DNA of 64,000 nucleotides, from positions 35,941 to 99,940 of the forward strand of contig JBIKLF010000001.1 in the NCBI GenBank assembly GCA_044359955.1, written 5' to 3'. Positions within the stretch are counted from its first letter, which is position 1; each line of letters opens with the position of its first letter. This DNA is from Chthoniobacterales bacterium (GTDB taxonomy: Bacteria; Verrucomicrobiota; Verrucomicrobiia; Chthoniobacterales; JACTMZ01). The position numbers were made by a program, and so were the translations under genes. The notes below the pieces were generated by a model. That model was not told where the DNA came from. It made no database searches and saw nothing but the letters and a program-made list of their open reading frames with translations. This document shows positions 1 to 9,167 of the stretch, one piece after another.

Positions 1-1151
1 GGCGCGGAAATGGCCGAAAGCACGGGAATGCCGGCGCGCGCGCACTTCTGCACAATTTCGAAGGAAACCCGTCCGCTCACCGAGAGCACGTCGGCCCGCG
101 GGAGCAAATCCTCCTCGAGCAGGAAACCAACCACTTTATCCACCGCGTTGTGCCGCCCGATATCCTCGAAGACGGCGAGCATTTGCCCTTCGACCGTGGC
201 CGCCGCCGCCGCGTGGCTTCCGCCCGTGCCGGTGAAGGTTGCTTGACGCTGCCGCATCGCTTCATGAATCACCCGCAAACGGACCGCATCGATACGCACG
301 TCCCGCGTCACCGGCGCGATGTCGCGCAGCACGTCGTCCAGCGTTTCCTTGCCGCACAACCCGCAGGAAGAGGTCGCCGCCAAGCGACGCGCCCCGCCGG
401 GCAGATCCGGGCATTCGATTTCCACTTCGACCACGGTTGCGGGTCCGCGTTCCTCCTGCCCGTAAACGAGAAAGCCTCCCTCCCCCGCGCCCTCGGCATG
501 GAGGAGTCCGCGCACCAAATAGCGCTCCGCGCCGGGCGTTTGCATGGTGACCGAATACGGCTGCCCGTTGATTATGATTTGCAGCGGACGTTCCGGAGTG
601 AGCGCGTCGACCACCTCCGTGATCTTCGCCTCCTTTTGACGCAACGCGCGGTAGGCCGGAACTGGCGCCGCGGCTGTCTCGAGATCGGTCGGCCCGCAAC
701 GCAGAGTTCCGCCGGCCAGGATGCGGCAACGAAGACCGCCACGCCCGGCCAGAAAAGCATTGGCCCCGGGAGCCACGGCCTCGTCCATCCAGTAGCACGG
801 TTTGCATTCCTCAACGCCCTCGAAGACCACCCCGTTGAGGGAAAATTGTTTTCCGATGAGGGAATTCAGATCGACGCCCGAAACCAGCACGTTGCGGCGC
901 AGAGAAGAATAATCCGGCGGCGCGACCCCCAGCGTGCGGCACATTTCGTCGACCACCTCGCGGGCCAAAAAGGTCACTTGAGTTTTCGCCCCCGGGTCTT
1001 CGCCGTGGTAGCGGTCGCCCGCCAGCCCTTGCCCCGCTTCACAGATCGCCTCGTCCACGCGCATCATGCCATGACTGCGTCGTCCTTTGCCGTGACGGCC
1101 TTTGAAGTCGTGGCCGGGCGAAAGCCAAATGTCGTTAATGACGATTTTCAT
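1..1151 (-). CDS. fdhD: MOSC domain / FdhD sulfurtransferase fusion protein (partial; C-terminus beyond left edge)
   Basis: Own reverse-strand translation from the ATG at complement 1149-1151 stays open to position 1, so there is no stop and it is missing from the ORF track. aa 1-155 look MOSC-like (GVEECKPCYWMDE). aa ~175-383 carry FdhD motifs (QIIINGQPYSVTMQTPG, SSCGLCGK, TGGSHAAA, EDIGRHNAVDK, SGRVSFEIVQK). The start overlaps the mobA stop (ATGA). Confidence 0.8.
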   Translation of the reverse strand, partial: MKIVINDIWLSPGHDFKGRHGKGRRSHGMMRVDEAICEAGQGLAGDRYHGEDPGAKTQVTFLAREVVDEMCRTLGVAPPDYSSLRRNVLVSGVDLNSLIGKQFSLNGVVFEGVEECKPCYWMDEAVAPGANAFLAGRGGLRCRILAGGTLRCGPTDLETAAAPVPAYRALRQKEAKITEVVDALTPERPLQIIINGQPYSVTMQTPGAERYLVRGLLHAEGAGEGGFLVYGQEERGPATVVEVEIECPDLPGGARRLAATSSCGLCGKETLDDVLRDIAPVTRDVRIDAVRLRVIHEAMRQRQATFTGTGGSHAAAAATVEGQMLAVFEDIGRHNAVDKVVGFLLEEDLLPRADVLSVSGRVSFEIVQKCARAGIPVLSAISA

Positions 1152-1819
1152 GCTTGTCCCGCCCTGGCGCGCGCGGCGGCGAGATCCTCCGGCGTGTTGA
1201 CATTGGTCAGGGCCTGAGCGTCCTCTCCGGAAACATCCAGCAAGACAGCATTTTCTTCGATCATGATTCGGCGCGCGGAAAATTGGCCGCGCGATGCGTG
1301 TCGCGCAAGGATCGGCCCGGCCGACGGCCCGTAGATCGCGCAAAGCGGCTCGGGATGGCCATCGGTCACATTGGCACAAGCCACGAAAGGCACATCAGGT
1401 TGTGTCTCGTGGCGCGCTACAAGTCGGGCCAGCAAACCGAAGTGGACGAAAGGCAAATCGCAAGCGAGGACAAGCCAGGCTGCTTTGGGAGCCTCACGGA
1501 AAGCGGCGAGGAGACCTGCCAGCGGACCCTTCGCGGCAGGTTCGTCGCAGAGCACAGGCACGCCTTCCGCGCCGACCGGCACCTCCTGTCCGTCGCGCAG
1601 CCCAAGATAAGTCTTCGCGCAAAATGACCGCAGCAAGCCGAGGGCGCGCCCAGCCTGACTTAATTCATCGTCGCCCATGACCAAAGACGCCTTGTCACAT
1701 CCCATGCGCGAACTCTTCCCTCCCGCGAGCAGGAGCCCGTGAAGAGCGCTCTTCGTCCGTCCACGAGGCCCTGTCCCGTCGACCGGACCCGGTGCACCAG
1801 GGCTTTCCATCGCATGCAT
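1148..1819 (-). CDS. mobA: molybdenum cofactor guanylyltransferase MobA
   Basis: ORF 1148..1936. LLLAGGKSSRMGCDK nucleotide-binding motif and the LACDLPF motif. Start trimmed to an internal Met because the longer N-terminus looks non-protein-like. Confidence 0.85.
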   Translation of the reverse strand: MHAMESPGAPGPVDGTGPRGRTKSALHGLLLAGGKSSRMGCDKASLVMGDDELSQAGRALGLLRSFCAKTYLGLRDGQEVPVGAEGVPVLCDEPAAKGPLAGLLAAFREAPKAAWLVLACDLPFVHFGLLARLVARHETQPDVPFVACANVTDGHPEPLCAIYGPSAGPILARHASRGQFSARRIMIEENAVLLDVSGEDAQALTNVNTPEDLAAARARAGQA

Positions 1820-2113
1820 AGAGCGCAGACTCTGGTTGTTTCGCCGGGGTGGGAAAAGGCGAATTCCTCGACGCACCCAGACCAGCCCCTCGCATCCGTC
1901 GGGCGGCGAAAGAATGGAGCACCCCGACAAAACCATCCCTCACAGTCCGCGTCGTGAACCCATCAGAAAGATGAGGACCGGGCAGCGGAGCAACACGGGT
2001 CGAATGCGCAAGGCCTGCTGCGGGACGGACAGGGGCAAAGCGATTTACCGCAGATGAACGAAGGGGTTGGTTTATAATAAACCTCATTTCCGAACACGGA
2101 CCGCATTAGCCAT

Positions 2114-2938
2114 TTGTGGCGCTGTCTGCAATGCGGCCGAGAGACCTCGGCTATGGCCGGGACGATTTTTCAGGACAGCAAGTTGCCTTTGAGTATCTGG
2201 TTTCGGGCGATGTGGCAGGTGACCTCCCAGAAGAACGGCAGCAGCGCGCTGGGGTTGCAGAGAGTGCTGGGCTTGGGCAGTTACAAAACGGCTTGGGCCA
2301 TGCTGCACAAGTTGCGGCGGGCGATGGTCCGTCCTGGCCGGGATCGGTTGAGCGGTGTGGTCGAGGTGGACGAAGCCTATTGGGGTGCCGAGGAGTCGGG
2401 GGTTCGCGGACGCCAAACGCTGCGAAAGGCGCTGATCATCGTGGCCGCCCAAGCCGACGGGCAGGGCATCGGGCGCATTCGACTCCAGCACATTATCGAT
2501 ACCAACCGGTCGACCTTGCATGGTTTTATCGGCCAATCCATCGAAGCCGGCAGCCATGTTGTGACCGACGGGTTGCAGGCTTATCGCGAGTTGGACGGCT
2601 ACGTCCACCAGCGCCAGATCCAAAAACATCAAACAGCTCAGACCCAGCATCTCTTGCCGCGAGTCCATCGCGTGATCTCGCTGCTCAAACGCTGGCTACT
2701 GGGAACGCATCAAGGGGCCGTTGACCATGATTATCTTCAGGACTATCTGGACGAGTTTACTTTTCGCTTCAACCGGCGCAAGTCCGCCTCCCGCGGCAAA
2801 CTCTTCTATCGCTTGGCCCAGCAGGCCGTTGTTCAACAAGCTGGTGCGCGATGCCTTCGGAAAGCCTCCGAGATCTGTCCGGACTTCCGCCGAGACCTTA
2901 GGATCGCCGCCACATCAGGAAGGACCCGCAGCACGTAA
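2114..2938 (+). pseudogene. IS1595-family (ISXO2-like) transposase, N-terminally truncated remnant
   Basis: WRCLQCGRETSAMAGTIFQDSKLPLSIWF, VEVDEAYWG and DEFTFRFNRR are typical of IS1595 DDE transposases. Only the second half of the N-terminal zinc ribbon is present. An in-frame TAA lies at 2078-2080 and an AT-rich junction just upstream. Confidence 0.75.
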
Positions 2939-2977
2939 AGCAGACCTTTCCCGATCACGCAAACCGGGTGGACCGAC

Positions 2978-4246
2978 CTACGAACCCGCAGCTGGATCAA
3001 AATTGTCTTCTTCCAAAAAGCGGTGATTGACCTTGCGATACCACGCGGCATCCCGCCAGTTGTCCCAGTAAGGGTGCGCGTAGTTCCATGGGGTGATGCC
3101 CCAAAGTCCGTAGTCTGCCGCGGCACCCATGCATTCCTCGCACCACTCCCGGAGCCAGTCCCATCTTGCCTCGGAGTGGTCCATGTGCCACCAAGGCCCC
3201 CACGCCTCCGTGGTGACTAAAGGAGCGGCGATTTCCGCCGCCCAGTCACGGGCGAAGGCGAGGCGGTTGTGCATTTCGGCCATCAGCATCGGACGCACCG
3301 ACCGCAGGGTCCGGTCCACCCGCAACTGGTAGTCGGCGAGAGATGACACGGCGCGGTCTTTTTGCATCAAACCGAATCCGGTCCGATTGTCGAAGCGGGC
3401 GCCGTGAATCCAAAAGTGCAGCTCCAAGACATCGAAGCACCGCAACTGCAGGGATCGGGCCTCCTCCCAGAATCCGGTCAATGAGAAGGTGAAGCGCCTC
3501 TCCGGGTAACGCGCCTGGAAGCGGGCGATCGATTGGTTGAAGTGGTCGTGGACGAAATCAAGCTGGGCGTCATTCCACAGGCGGGCGCGGGACGATGTTC
3601 GCCGGCCGGCCGCTTCCATCGCATCTTCCGGCGCGTCGGTCGATGCGGGCTTCGCCGCCAGCCGCCGCAGCCCGGCTTGGGTCGGGGAAAAGTAGGGGTA
3701 TTCCTGGTCGAGGTCCACATACAGGATGCTGTCACCGAGGCCCGCGGTTTCGACTGCATCCAAAACACGCTCCCATCCCCGCCAGAGCAACTCGAGCTTC
3801 TCCGAATCCGAGGCATTGCCGGCCGGGATTCCGGTCGCCGCCTTGTTCCATGTGGAGAGGATGGAGTGGATTCCCTTGCGGGAACAGATGGAGAGAAAGT
3901 CGAGAAGCTCCGGCAGCGGCCTGTGCGACGCGGGATTGGCGCACACCCCCCAGGTCGCGTCGGGCTGGGCGGGAAGATCAACATTTCCCTCGGCATCATC
4001 GAGATGGCCGACCCACCACGGGCAGGCGTCGACTCGCACGGTATTGAAGCCCCTTTCGAGCAGTTGATCCGTTGCCAGATCCCAATCCTCGAACGCACCG
4101 CCCGGCTGGTGGCCGTAGATCCACGAGTAGTCCCACATGGCGTTGGTCACACGCCGGGGCTTCAGATCGGCGCGAAGGTCATACGTGCGATGGATCATGG
4201 CAAAAGGGGCTGAATGCACGAAACGCCGCGGGGCCGCGGTTGTCAA
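2978..4246 (-). CDS. cellulase-like (GH5-like TIM-barrel) glycoside hydrolase family protein
   Basis: 422-aa ORF, Trp/Asp-rich, with a general resemblance to sugar-binding cellulase-like domains (RGFNTVRVD, YVDLDQEYPY). The start may instead be at 4198 (MIHRTYDL). No signal peptide seen. Confidence 0.5.
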   Translation of the reverse strand: MTTAAPRRFVHSAPFAMIHRTYDLRADLKPRRVTNAMWDYSWIYGHQPGGAFEDWDLATDQLLERGFNTVRVDACPWWVGHLDDAEGNVDLPAQPDATWGVCANPASHRPLPELLDFLSICSRKGIHSILSTWNKAATGIPAGNASDSEKLELLWRGWERVLDAVETAGLGDSILYVDLDQEYPYFSPTQAGLRRLAAKPASTDAPEDAMEAAGRRTSSRARLWNDAQLDFVHDHFNQSIARFQARYPERRFTFSLTGFWEEARSLQLRCFDVLELHFWIHGARFDNRTGFGLMQKDRAVSSLADYQLRVDRTLRSVRPMLMAEMHNRLAFARDWAAEIAAPLVTTEAWGPWWHMDHSEARWDWLREWCEECMGAAADYGLWGITPWNYAHPYWDNWRDAAWYRKVNHRFLEEDNFDPAAGS

Positions 4247-4383
4247 GCGCCAGGCTTTCGGTCATGCCGCCGTTCAAAGCAAGCCTGCCGCCGCCCGATC
4301 ATGGACGTCGTCCATCGCGTCTACGGCACCCAAAACAAAGGGGCCAGACCTAACTCTTTGACAAGAGCCTGTAGTTTCCATTG

Positions 4384-4605
4384 ATGAGCATGACTGAAAT
4401 CCTCGAAGAGTTGCCCCGTCTCGCCCGCGGCGAACGTGAGAAGCTCTGGCGGCGTCTGGAGGAAATCGAATTGGAAAAAATCGAGGAGACCTCGGAAGCA
4501 CTTGCGGCTATTGATGCAGGCCGCCGACCCATACGCGAGGGCAAGGCAACCACCATCGAAGACGCCCGCCGGCTTCTTGCGCAAAGGATTACAAAGTCAT
4601 CCTGA
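4384..4605 (+). CDS. addiction-module antitoxin (putative, RelB/ParD-partner type)
   Basis: Small acidic helical protein (TEILEELPRLARGEREKLWRRLEE) lying immediately upstream of, and overlapping, a ParE/RelE-like reading frame. Confidence 0.6.
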   Translation: MSMTEILEELPRLARGEREKLWRRLEEIELEKIEETSEALAAIDAGRRPIREGKATTIEDARRLLAQRITKSS

Positions 4606-4888
4606 GCGACCTGTTCCTCTGCGACCTTCAGGAAATAGTTGAATACCTGAAAGAGCACGCCGACCCTCAAACCGCCTCCCGCATCGGAAACGAGTTGCTG
4701 GACCGAGCCTTCGAGGCCGTCACCAGCCCTTCACCGGTCAGTTCGTCAAGCAGCGTCCCGGCGTGCGCAAACTGCTGCGGTATCCTTACCTGATTTATTA
4801 CCAGGTGAACGAGGACCGCAAAACGGTTGAAGTCCTGCGTGTCTGGCACGGTGCCCGCAATAGAACAACGCTTCGCCTCGGCGGCTAA
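4584..4888 (+). pseudogene. ParE/RelE-family toxin, inactivated (no start codon, internal frameshift)
   Basis: Frame 0 reads (K)DYKVILSDLFLCDLQEIVEYLKEHADPQTASRIGNELLDRAFEAVTS. From about 4727 the homologous continuation PFTGQFVKQRPGVRKLLRYPYLIYYQVNEDRKTVEVLRVWHGARN sits in another frame. AAG occupies the position where ATG is expected (4584). Confidence 0.7.
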
Positions 4889-4963
4889 AAGCCATCTTCC
4901 GTTGCGGCAAAAACCGGGCAGTGAGCAGCCCATGAACCCGCGCGCGGCGGGTGTGTGCTGGGG

Positions 4964-5110
4964 GGTAACTGGGGTTACCAGTCCTAAAAGGGAAAGGCAC
5001 CGACGCGTAGATCAGTTGGTTGCCTGCGGCAACCCGTCTCGCCAAGCCTCGGCTGAGCGCCGCTGCACCTCGACAAAACATTGTAGCGGTGCGTCAGCCG
5101 AAGCTTGGCG
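4964..5110. repeat. cluster of hairpin repeats in a 478-bp non-coding gap
   Basis: Three structures: palindrome ggtaacTGGGgttacc (4964-4979); a GTAG-headed hairpin GTAGATCAGTTggttgccTGCggcaacc (5007-5034); and a long hairpin with arms 5040-5067 and 5082-5110 (about 28 bp, 3 mismatches, 1 bulge). Confidence 0.7.
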
Positions 5111-5171
5111 AACCCGGAGATAGCCCAAAGGCAAACAGGCTGAAGCAAAGCGAAGCTAACTGATATGACCG

Positions 5172-5366
5172 TTGCTGCCCGAAATAACCGTGCCAAAATC
5201 GCCGTCCGTTTCGCTGATAGCTTTCCATCCACCCGCAATCTCTCCCGCATCGCCTTCGCCGCCCGGCAGACTCCCGCGCGAGCCCGCGCTGCCGCGGGAA
5301 ATCGTCCGCGAATATTTCGAAGCGGAAAAAGTGCTCGCCTCCCTGCTCGATCGCGCGGGAGTGTGA
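5172..5366 (+). CDS. hypothetical small protein or C-terminal gene remnant
   Basis: Only the C-terminal part looks protein-like (REIVREYFEAEKVLASLLDRAGV). The stop lies 1-4 nt before the next gene start. Confidence 0.25.
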   Translation: MLPEITVPKSPSVSLIAFHPPAISPASPSPPGRLPREPALPREIVREYFEAEKVLASLLDRAGV

Positions 5367-5367
5367 C

Positions 5368-5739
5368 TTGGTGAAACGAGTGCTTCAGCTGGCCGCCGCA
5401 GCGGGAATAATTTTCGGCGGCCCAGGCTGTGCCTTGTTCGGACCCAAGGAGCCGGAAATCCCGGAAGCCACCCTGCCGTCGTGGATCGGTCGGGTGATTA
5501 TGATCGAAACCGAGCACCGCTTTGTTCTGGTCGATGTGGGGGCCGGGTCCGGACCTGCCGCGGGCACGGCGGCGATGGCCTACCGCGACAAAAGGCGCAC
5601 GGCGCAACTGGTCGTCACCGAGGAGTCGCGGCCGCCTTATGTTGCCATGGAAGTCCTGGAAGGAGGTCCGGCCTTGGGCGACCAAGTGGTGGCGGACGAG
5701 CGGGTGGATCCACCCGCAGCGCCCGCCGAGCAGCCCTGA
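5368..5739 (+). CDS. hypothetical lipoprotein
   Basis: N-terminal hydrophobic signal ending in GGPGC (lipobox-like). No recognised domain. Confidence 0.5.
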   Translation: MVKRVLQLAAAAGIIFGGPGCALFGPKEPEIPEATLPSWIGRVIMIETEHRFVLVDVGAGSGPAAGTAAMAYRDKRRTAQLVVTEESRPPYVAMEVLEGGPALGDQVVADERVDPPAAPAEQP

Positions 5740-5785
5740 AAGGTTTGCGATACGGCGCAGGTCGGGGTTTAATACGGGCTGTGTT

Positions 5786-7705
5786 ATGAAGATTCACCCG
5801 AGCGCCCGCCTTGTGGCTGTTTTTCTTCTGTTGGTGGCTCCTGCGGCGCATCTTCTGGCCCAAAATCCCGCGCCCGTTGCTTCGCCGGCCGCCAGTCCGA
5901 CCGATGTGACGGCGATCATGAATGAAAGCTTCCCGACGGCCGAGCAGCTCGCGGCCGCCAGTCCGACTCCGGTTCCGGTGCCGCCCGCCGCCGCGGCCAT
6001 GGAGCAACCCGCCCCACTGGCCCCGATGCCGGCCGGCCTGCCCACGCCGATGCCGAGTCCGGGGATCTCTCCCGTGCCGGCCTTGACGAATCCTGCGTCT
6101 CTTTCCCTCGGCCTCGGCGGACCCTTGGAGCAAGGGATTCCCGATCCCATGCAGATGACGTTCCCCACGGTGCCGGAAATCCCCGAGCCGCCGAGTCCAT
6201 CGTCACCGGATCCGGTGACCACCATCAAGCTGCCGCCCGCCAGCTCGCTGGAGTTGCGACTGACTCCCGATGCCAAACGCCTCGGGATTGATGCGGCCAT
6301 CCAAACAGGTGTGGAAAAGAACCCCGAGATTCTCGCGGCCATCCAGCAAATCCGCCTGACGCGCGGCCAGTTGGTGCAGGTGCGCGCCGCCCTGCTGCCC
6401 ACCCTGCAGGTCAACTCGGGCTACAACGTGGAGTCGGATACGCTGGCCAATCCGGGCTTTGACTTCGGCTTGGTCAACAACAACCAGGCTTGGAATGTGG
6501 CCATCCAGATCAATCAGAACATCTGGTCGGGTTGGAAAAATCAGGCGGACTTCTCCGCAGCCCGTCTGGCCAATGATAGCGCGTTTTACTCCCTTCGACA
6601 GACCATCGACAAAGTCGTGGCCGACACGAAGAAACTTTTTTATGACGTTATATTCAACCGTGCGCTCATCCGCGTGCGCGAGGAGTCGGTCGCCGTGCTC
6701 CAATCGCAATTGCAGGACCAGCAAAGCCGTTTCGAAGCCGGCACCGTGCCGCGCTTCAATGTCCTGCAGGCCGAGGTTGCTTTGGCCAATGCCATCCCGC
6801 CGGTCATTCAGGCTCGCAATGCCTTGCGTATTTCGCAATTCGCCCTGGTCAAGCAGTTGGGCCTCGATTACCCGAGTGATCCCTCACTGGTGCCCATTGA
6901 TGTGATCGGACAACTCGACTACAGCCCGATCAAGCTGGATCTGGGCGCCGCCGTCTTCACTTCCTTGGCCCGCAACCCGTCGCTCAAAGTGCAACGGCAA
7001 AACATTCTCATCGGCAAGGAGCAACTCAAAGCGGCGCTCTCCGGATTCCAGCCCACGCTCAATGTCGCGGCCGGCTACCAGGCGTTCAATGTTGCCACCT
7101 CGGCAAGCCTGGATGACGCAGTCAACGGGCTGTTCGTCGGTGTGGTCGGCAGTTGGAATATCTTCGACGGTCTGGCCACGGTCGGCGCGACGCAAGCCGC
7201 CCGGGCGTCGTTGCAGCAGTCCATGATCAACTATGACAATGCGGCGCGCGGGGTGGAACTCGATGTGCAGCGTGCGGTCTCCAATCTCATCGAGGCGCAG
7301 GAAGTCATCGACAGCCAGCGGGCCAATGTGGTGCAAGCGACCGAGGCCCTGAGGCTTTCCCGCGAACGTCTCGATGCCGGCGCCGGAACGCAACTCGATG
7401 TCCTCAACGCGCAGGTCTCCCTCTTGCAGGCCCAGACCACGGAACTGGAAGGTCGCTTTCGCTACATCACAGCTTTGGCCGAATACAACCGCGTGCTCTC
7501 GCTCGACACGGTGTATGCCGACACCTACGACGACCCGATGCTCACGGCGCGGGAGCGCGGGCGGAATGACGTGCTCAATGCCACGGACAATCCCAATCCC
7601 GGCGTTCTTCACGGGGCGGTTCCCGACAAGCGGGACACGCTCCGGGCGCGCAAAGCCAAGCCGGCGCCGACCCCTCGTGGCGACAAAAAAAGCGTCAACC
7701 GCTGA
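5786..7705 (+). CDS. TolC-family outer membrane efflux protein
   Basis: Signal peptide MKIHPSARLVAVFLLLVAPAAHLLA, then a Pro/Ala-rich linker, then two TolC/OEP repeats (ARAALLPTLQVNSGY, LDAGAGTQLDVLNAQVSL). Start trimmed from track ORF 5522. Confidence 0.85.
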   Translation: MKIHPSARLVAVFLLLVAPAAHLLAQNPAPVASPAASPTDVTAIMNESFPTAEQLAAASPTPVPVPPAAAAMEQPAPLAPMPAGLPTPMPSPGISPVPALTNPASLSLGLGGPLEQGIPDPMQMTFPTVPEIPEPPSPSSPDPVTTIKLPPASSLELRLTPDAKRLGIDAAIQTGVEKNPEILAAIQQIRLTRGQLVQVRAALLPTLQVNSGYNVESDTLANPGFDFGLVNNNQAWNVAIQINQNIWSGWKNQADFSAARLANDSAFYSLRQTIDKVVADTKKLFYDVIFNRALIRVREESVAVLQSQLQDQQSRFEAGTVPRFNVLQAEVALANAIPPVIQARNALRISQFALVKQLGLDYPSDPSLVPIDVIGQLDYSPIKLDLGAAVFTSLARNPSLKVQRQNILIGKEQLKAALSGFQPTLNVAAGYQAFNVATSASLDDAVNGLFVGVVGSWNIFDGLATVGATQAARASLQQSMINYDNAARGVELDVQRAVSNLIEAQEVIDSQRANVVQATEALRLSRERLDAGAGTQLDVLNAQVSLLQAQTTELEGRFRYITALAEYNRVLSLDTVYADTYDDPMLTARERGRNDVLNATDNPNPGVLHGAVPDKRDTLRARKAKPAPTPRGDKKSVNR

Positions 7706-7707
7706 GC

Positions 7708-8355
7708 GTGGCGGTGACCGGTTCCATCTACCATCCCCTGTCTGCCGTTCCCCGGGTGCGCGCACTTTTCGTCCCGCGGCTTGCCGGTATTGATGTCGAT
7801 ACGGATCGTGAGACTGCCCTGCAGCGGCTTGCCCCGGCCCACGCGGCTTGTCTTCATCAGGGCGGATTCGATCCGAAATTGCTGGCCACGGCCGGGCAGG
7901 TTCATGGGGGAGAGGTGGCCATGGTCCATGCTCCCGGGAGCCATGCCGGAGTTGATGCGTTGGTGACCGACCGTCCGGGTGTGGTGCTCGGCATTTACGT
8001 GGCCGACTGCGCGGCGGTGTATGTCGCCGATCGTCATGGACGCGCCATTGCGCTGATCCATTCCGGGCGGGCCGGCACCACGGCCGGTATCACGGCGCGC
8101 ACCATCGCCGTGCTGCAGGAAAAATTCGACATCGCCCCGGCCGATCTCGTGGTCGAGATCAGCCCGTGTATCCGTCCGCCCCTTTACGAAACCGATTTCG
8201 CGGCCGAGATTGCCGCCCAGGCGCGGGAAGCAGGCGCCGGACAAATCATCGATGCCGGTATTTGCACCGGACGTGAAGTCGGGCATTACTACTCTTACCG
8301 CGTCGAGCGCGGCCGCACCGGACGGATGCTGGCCGCCTTGCAAATGCTATCATGA
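7708..8355 (+). CDS. pgeF: YfiH/PgeF family (DUF152) purine nucleoside phosphorylase / peptidoglycan editing factor
   Basis: AGQVHGGEV, DALVTD, YVADCAAVY and HYYSYRVER motifs. Confidence 0.85.
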   Translation: MAVTGSIYHPLSAVPRVRALFVPRLAGIDVDTDRETALQRLAPAHAACLHQGGFDPKLLATAGQVHGGEVAMVHAPGSHAGVDALVTDRPGVVLGIYVADCAAVYVADRHGRAIALIHSGRAGTTAGITARTIAVLQEKFDIAPADLVVEISPCIRPPLYETDFAAEIAAQAREAGAGQIIDAGICTGREVGHYYSYRVERGRTGRMLAALQMLS

Positions 8356-9065
8356 TCCGGCGTTTTGAAGAGAGTCGTCCCGAGTGGATGGACGTGGCCG
8401 AGCAGGCGACGCCCGAGCTGGAAGCCGACTTGTTGAATCTTGAATCACTCAACCGCCGGTTCGGTGCGCACCGGCTGGTGCTCGACTACCTCGGGCCTGT
8501 GCTCGAGCGGCGTCAACCGCTGCGCGTGCTCGACCTGGGCACCGGGGCCGGTGACATTCCGCGCGCCTTGGTCCAACGCGCGCGGGCCATGGGCTGTCCC
8601 CTCGTGGTTACCGCGGTGGAACGTCAGCAACCGACCCTGCAGATTGCGGAAAAGTTTTCCCACGGTTTCCCCGAGATCCGTTACGTCCGTGCGGACTTCC
8701 TCAATTTTGCCGAAGGATCCCTCTACGATGTCGTGCTCTGCAACCTTGTGCTGCACCATCTCGAGGAAAGTGATGCGATCCGCCTGCTGCGCCGGTGCCG
8801 TGAGTTGACCAGGGGAGCGGCCTTGGTCACCGATTTGCGCCGTTCGCGTCTCGCTCAGGCCGGAATTTTCGCCGTGACCGGGCTGATCTACCGCGATGCC
8901 ATGACCAAGCACGACGCACGTCTCTCGGCGGAACGCGCCTTTTCCTTTCCTGAGCTGCGCAAGCTGGCCATCGCGGCCGGTTGGTGGGGATTCCGCCACC
9001 GCCGCGCGCCGTTTTTCCGTCAGGCGCTCTGGATGGATGTCGCCGCGCGCAACCGGGGTCGCTGA
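8352..9065 (+). CDS. class I SAM-dependent methyltransferase
   Basis: VLDLGTGAGDIP motif I. 4-nt overlap with pgeF. Confidence 0.75.
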   Translation: MIRRFEESRPEWMDVAEQATPELEADLLNLESLNRRFGAHRLVLDYLGPVLERRQPLRVLDLGTGAGDIPRALVQRARAMGCPLVVTAVERQQPTLQIAEKFSHGFPEIRYVRADFLNFAEGSLYDVVLCNLVLHHLEESDAIRLLRRCRELTRGAALVTDLRRSRLAQAGIFAVTGLIYRDAMTKHDARLSAERAFSFPELRKLAIAAGWWGFRHRRAPFFRQALWMDVAARNRGR

Positions 9066-9112
9066 AGCAAGGGGTCGCGCCGGATTTCTTGCTTCGCGGC
9101 AGAGAGTGCCGC
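9065..9112 (+). terminator. two adjacent GC hairpins after the methyltransferase stop (no U-tract)
   Basis: gaagcaag...cttgcttc (9065-9095) and gcggcaGAGAGtgccgc (9096-9112), in a convergent gap with argS. Confidence 0.35.
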
Positions 9113-9167
9113 GGCGGGAAAGCAATGCAAACCGTGCCGATCGTGACAGGGCTATCGCGCCCCGCCT

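Noticed and set aside
150-1217. 355-aa plus-strand ORF at the left end
   Set aside because: It is antisense to the MOSC-FdhD frame, which carries clear motifs. This ORF is Arg-rich with no motif.
1820-2080. Possible Moco riboswitch upstream of mobA
   Set aside because: I looked for the conserved Moco-motif elements on the minus strand and could not align them by eye. A covariance-model search would be needed, so I make no claim.
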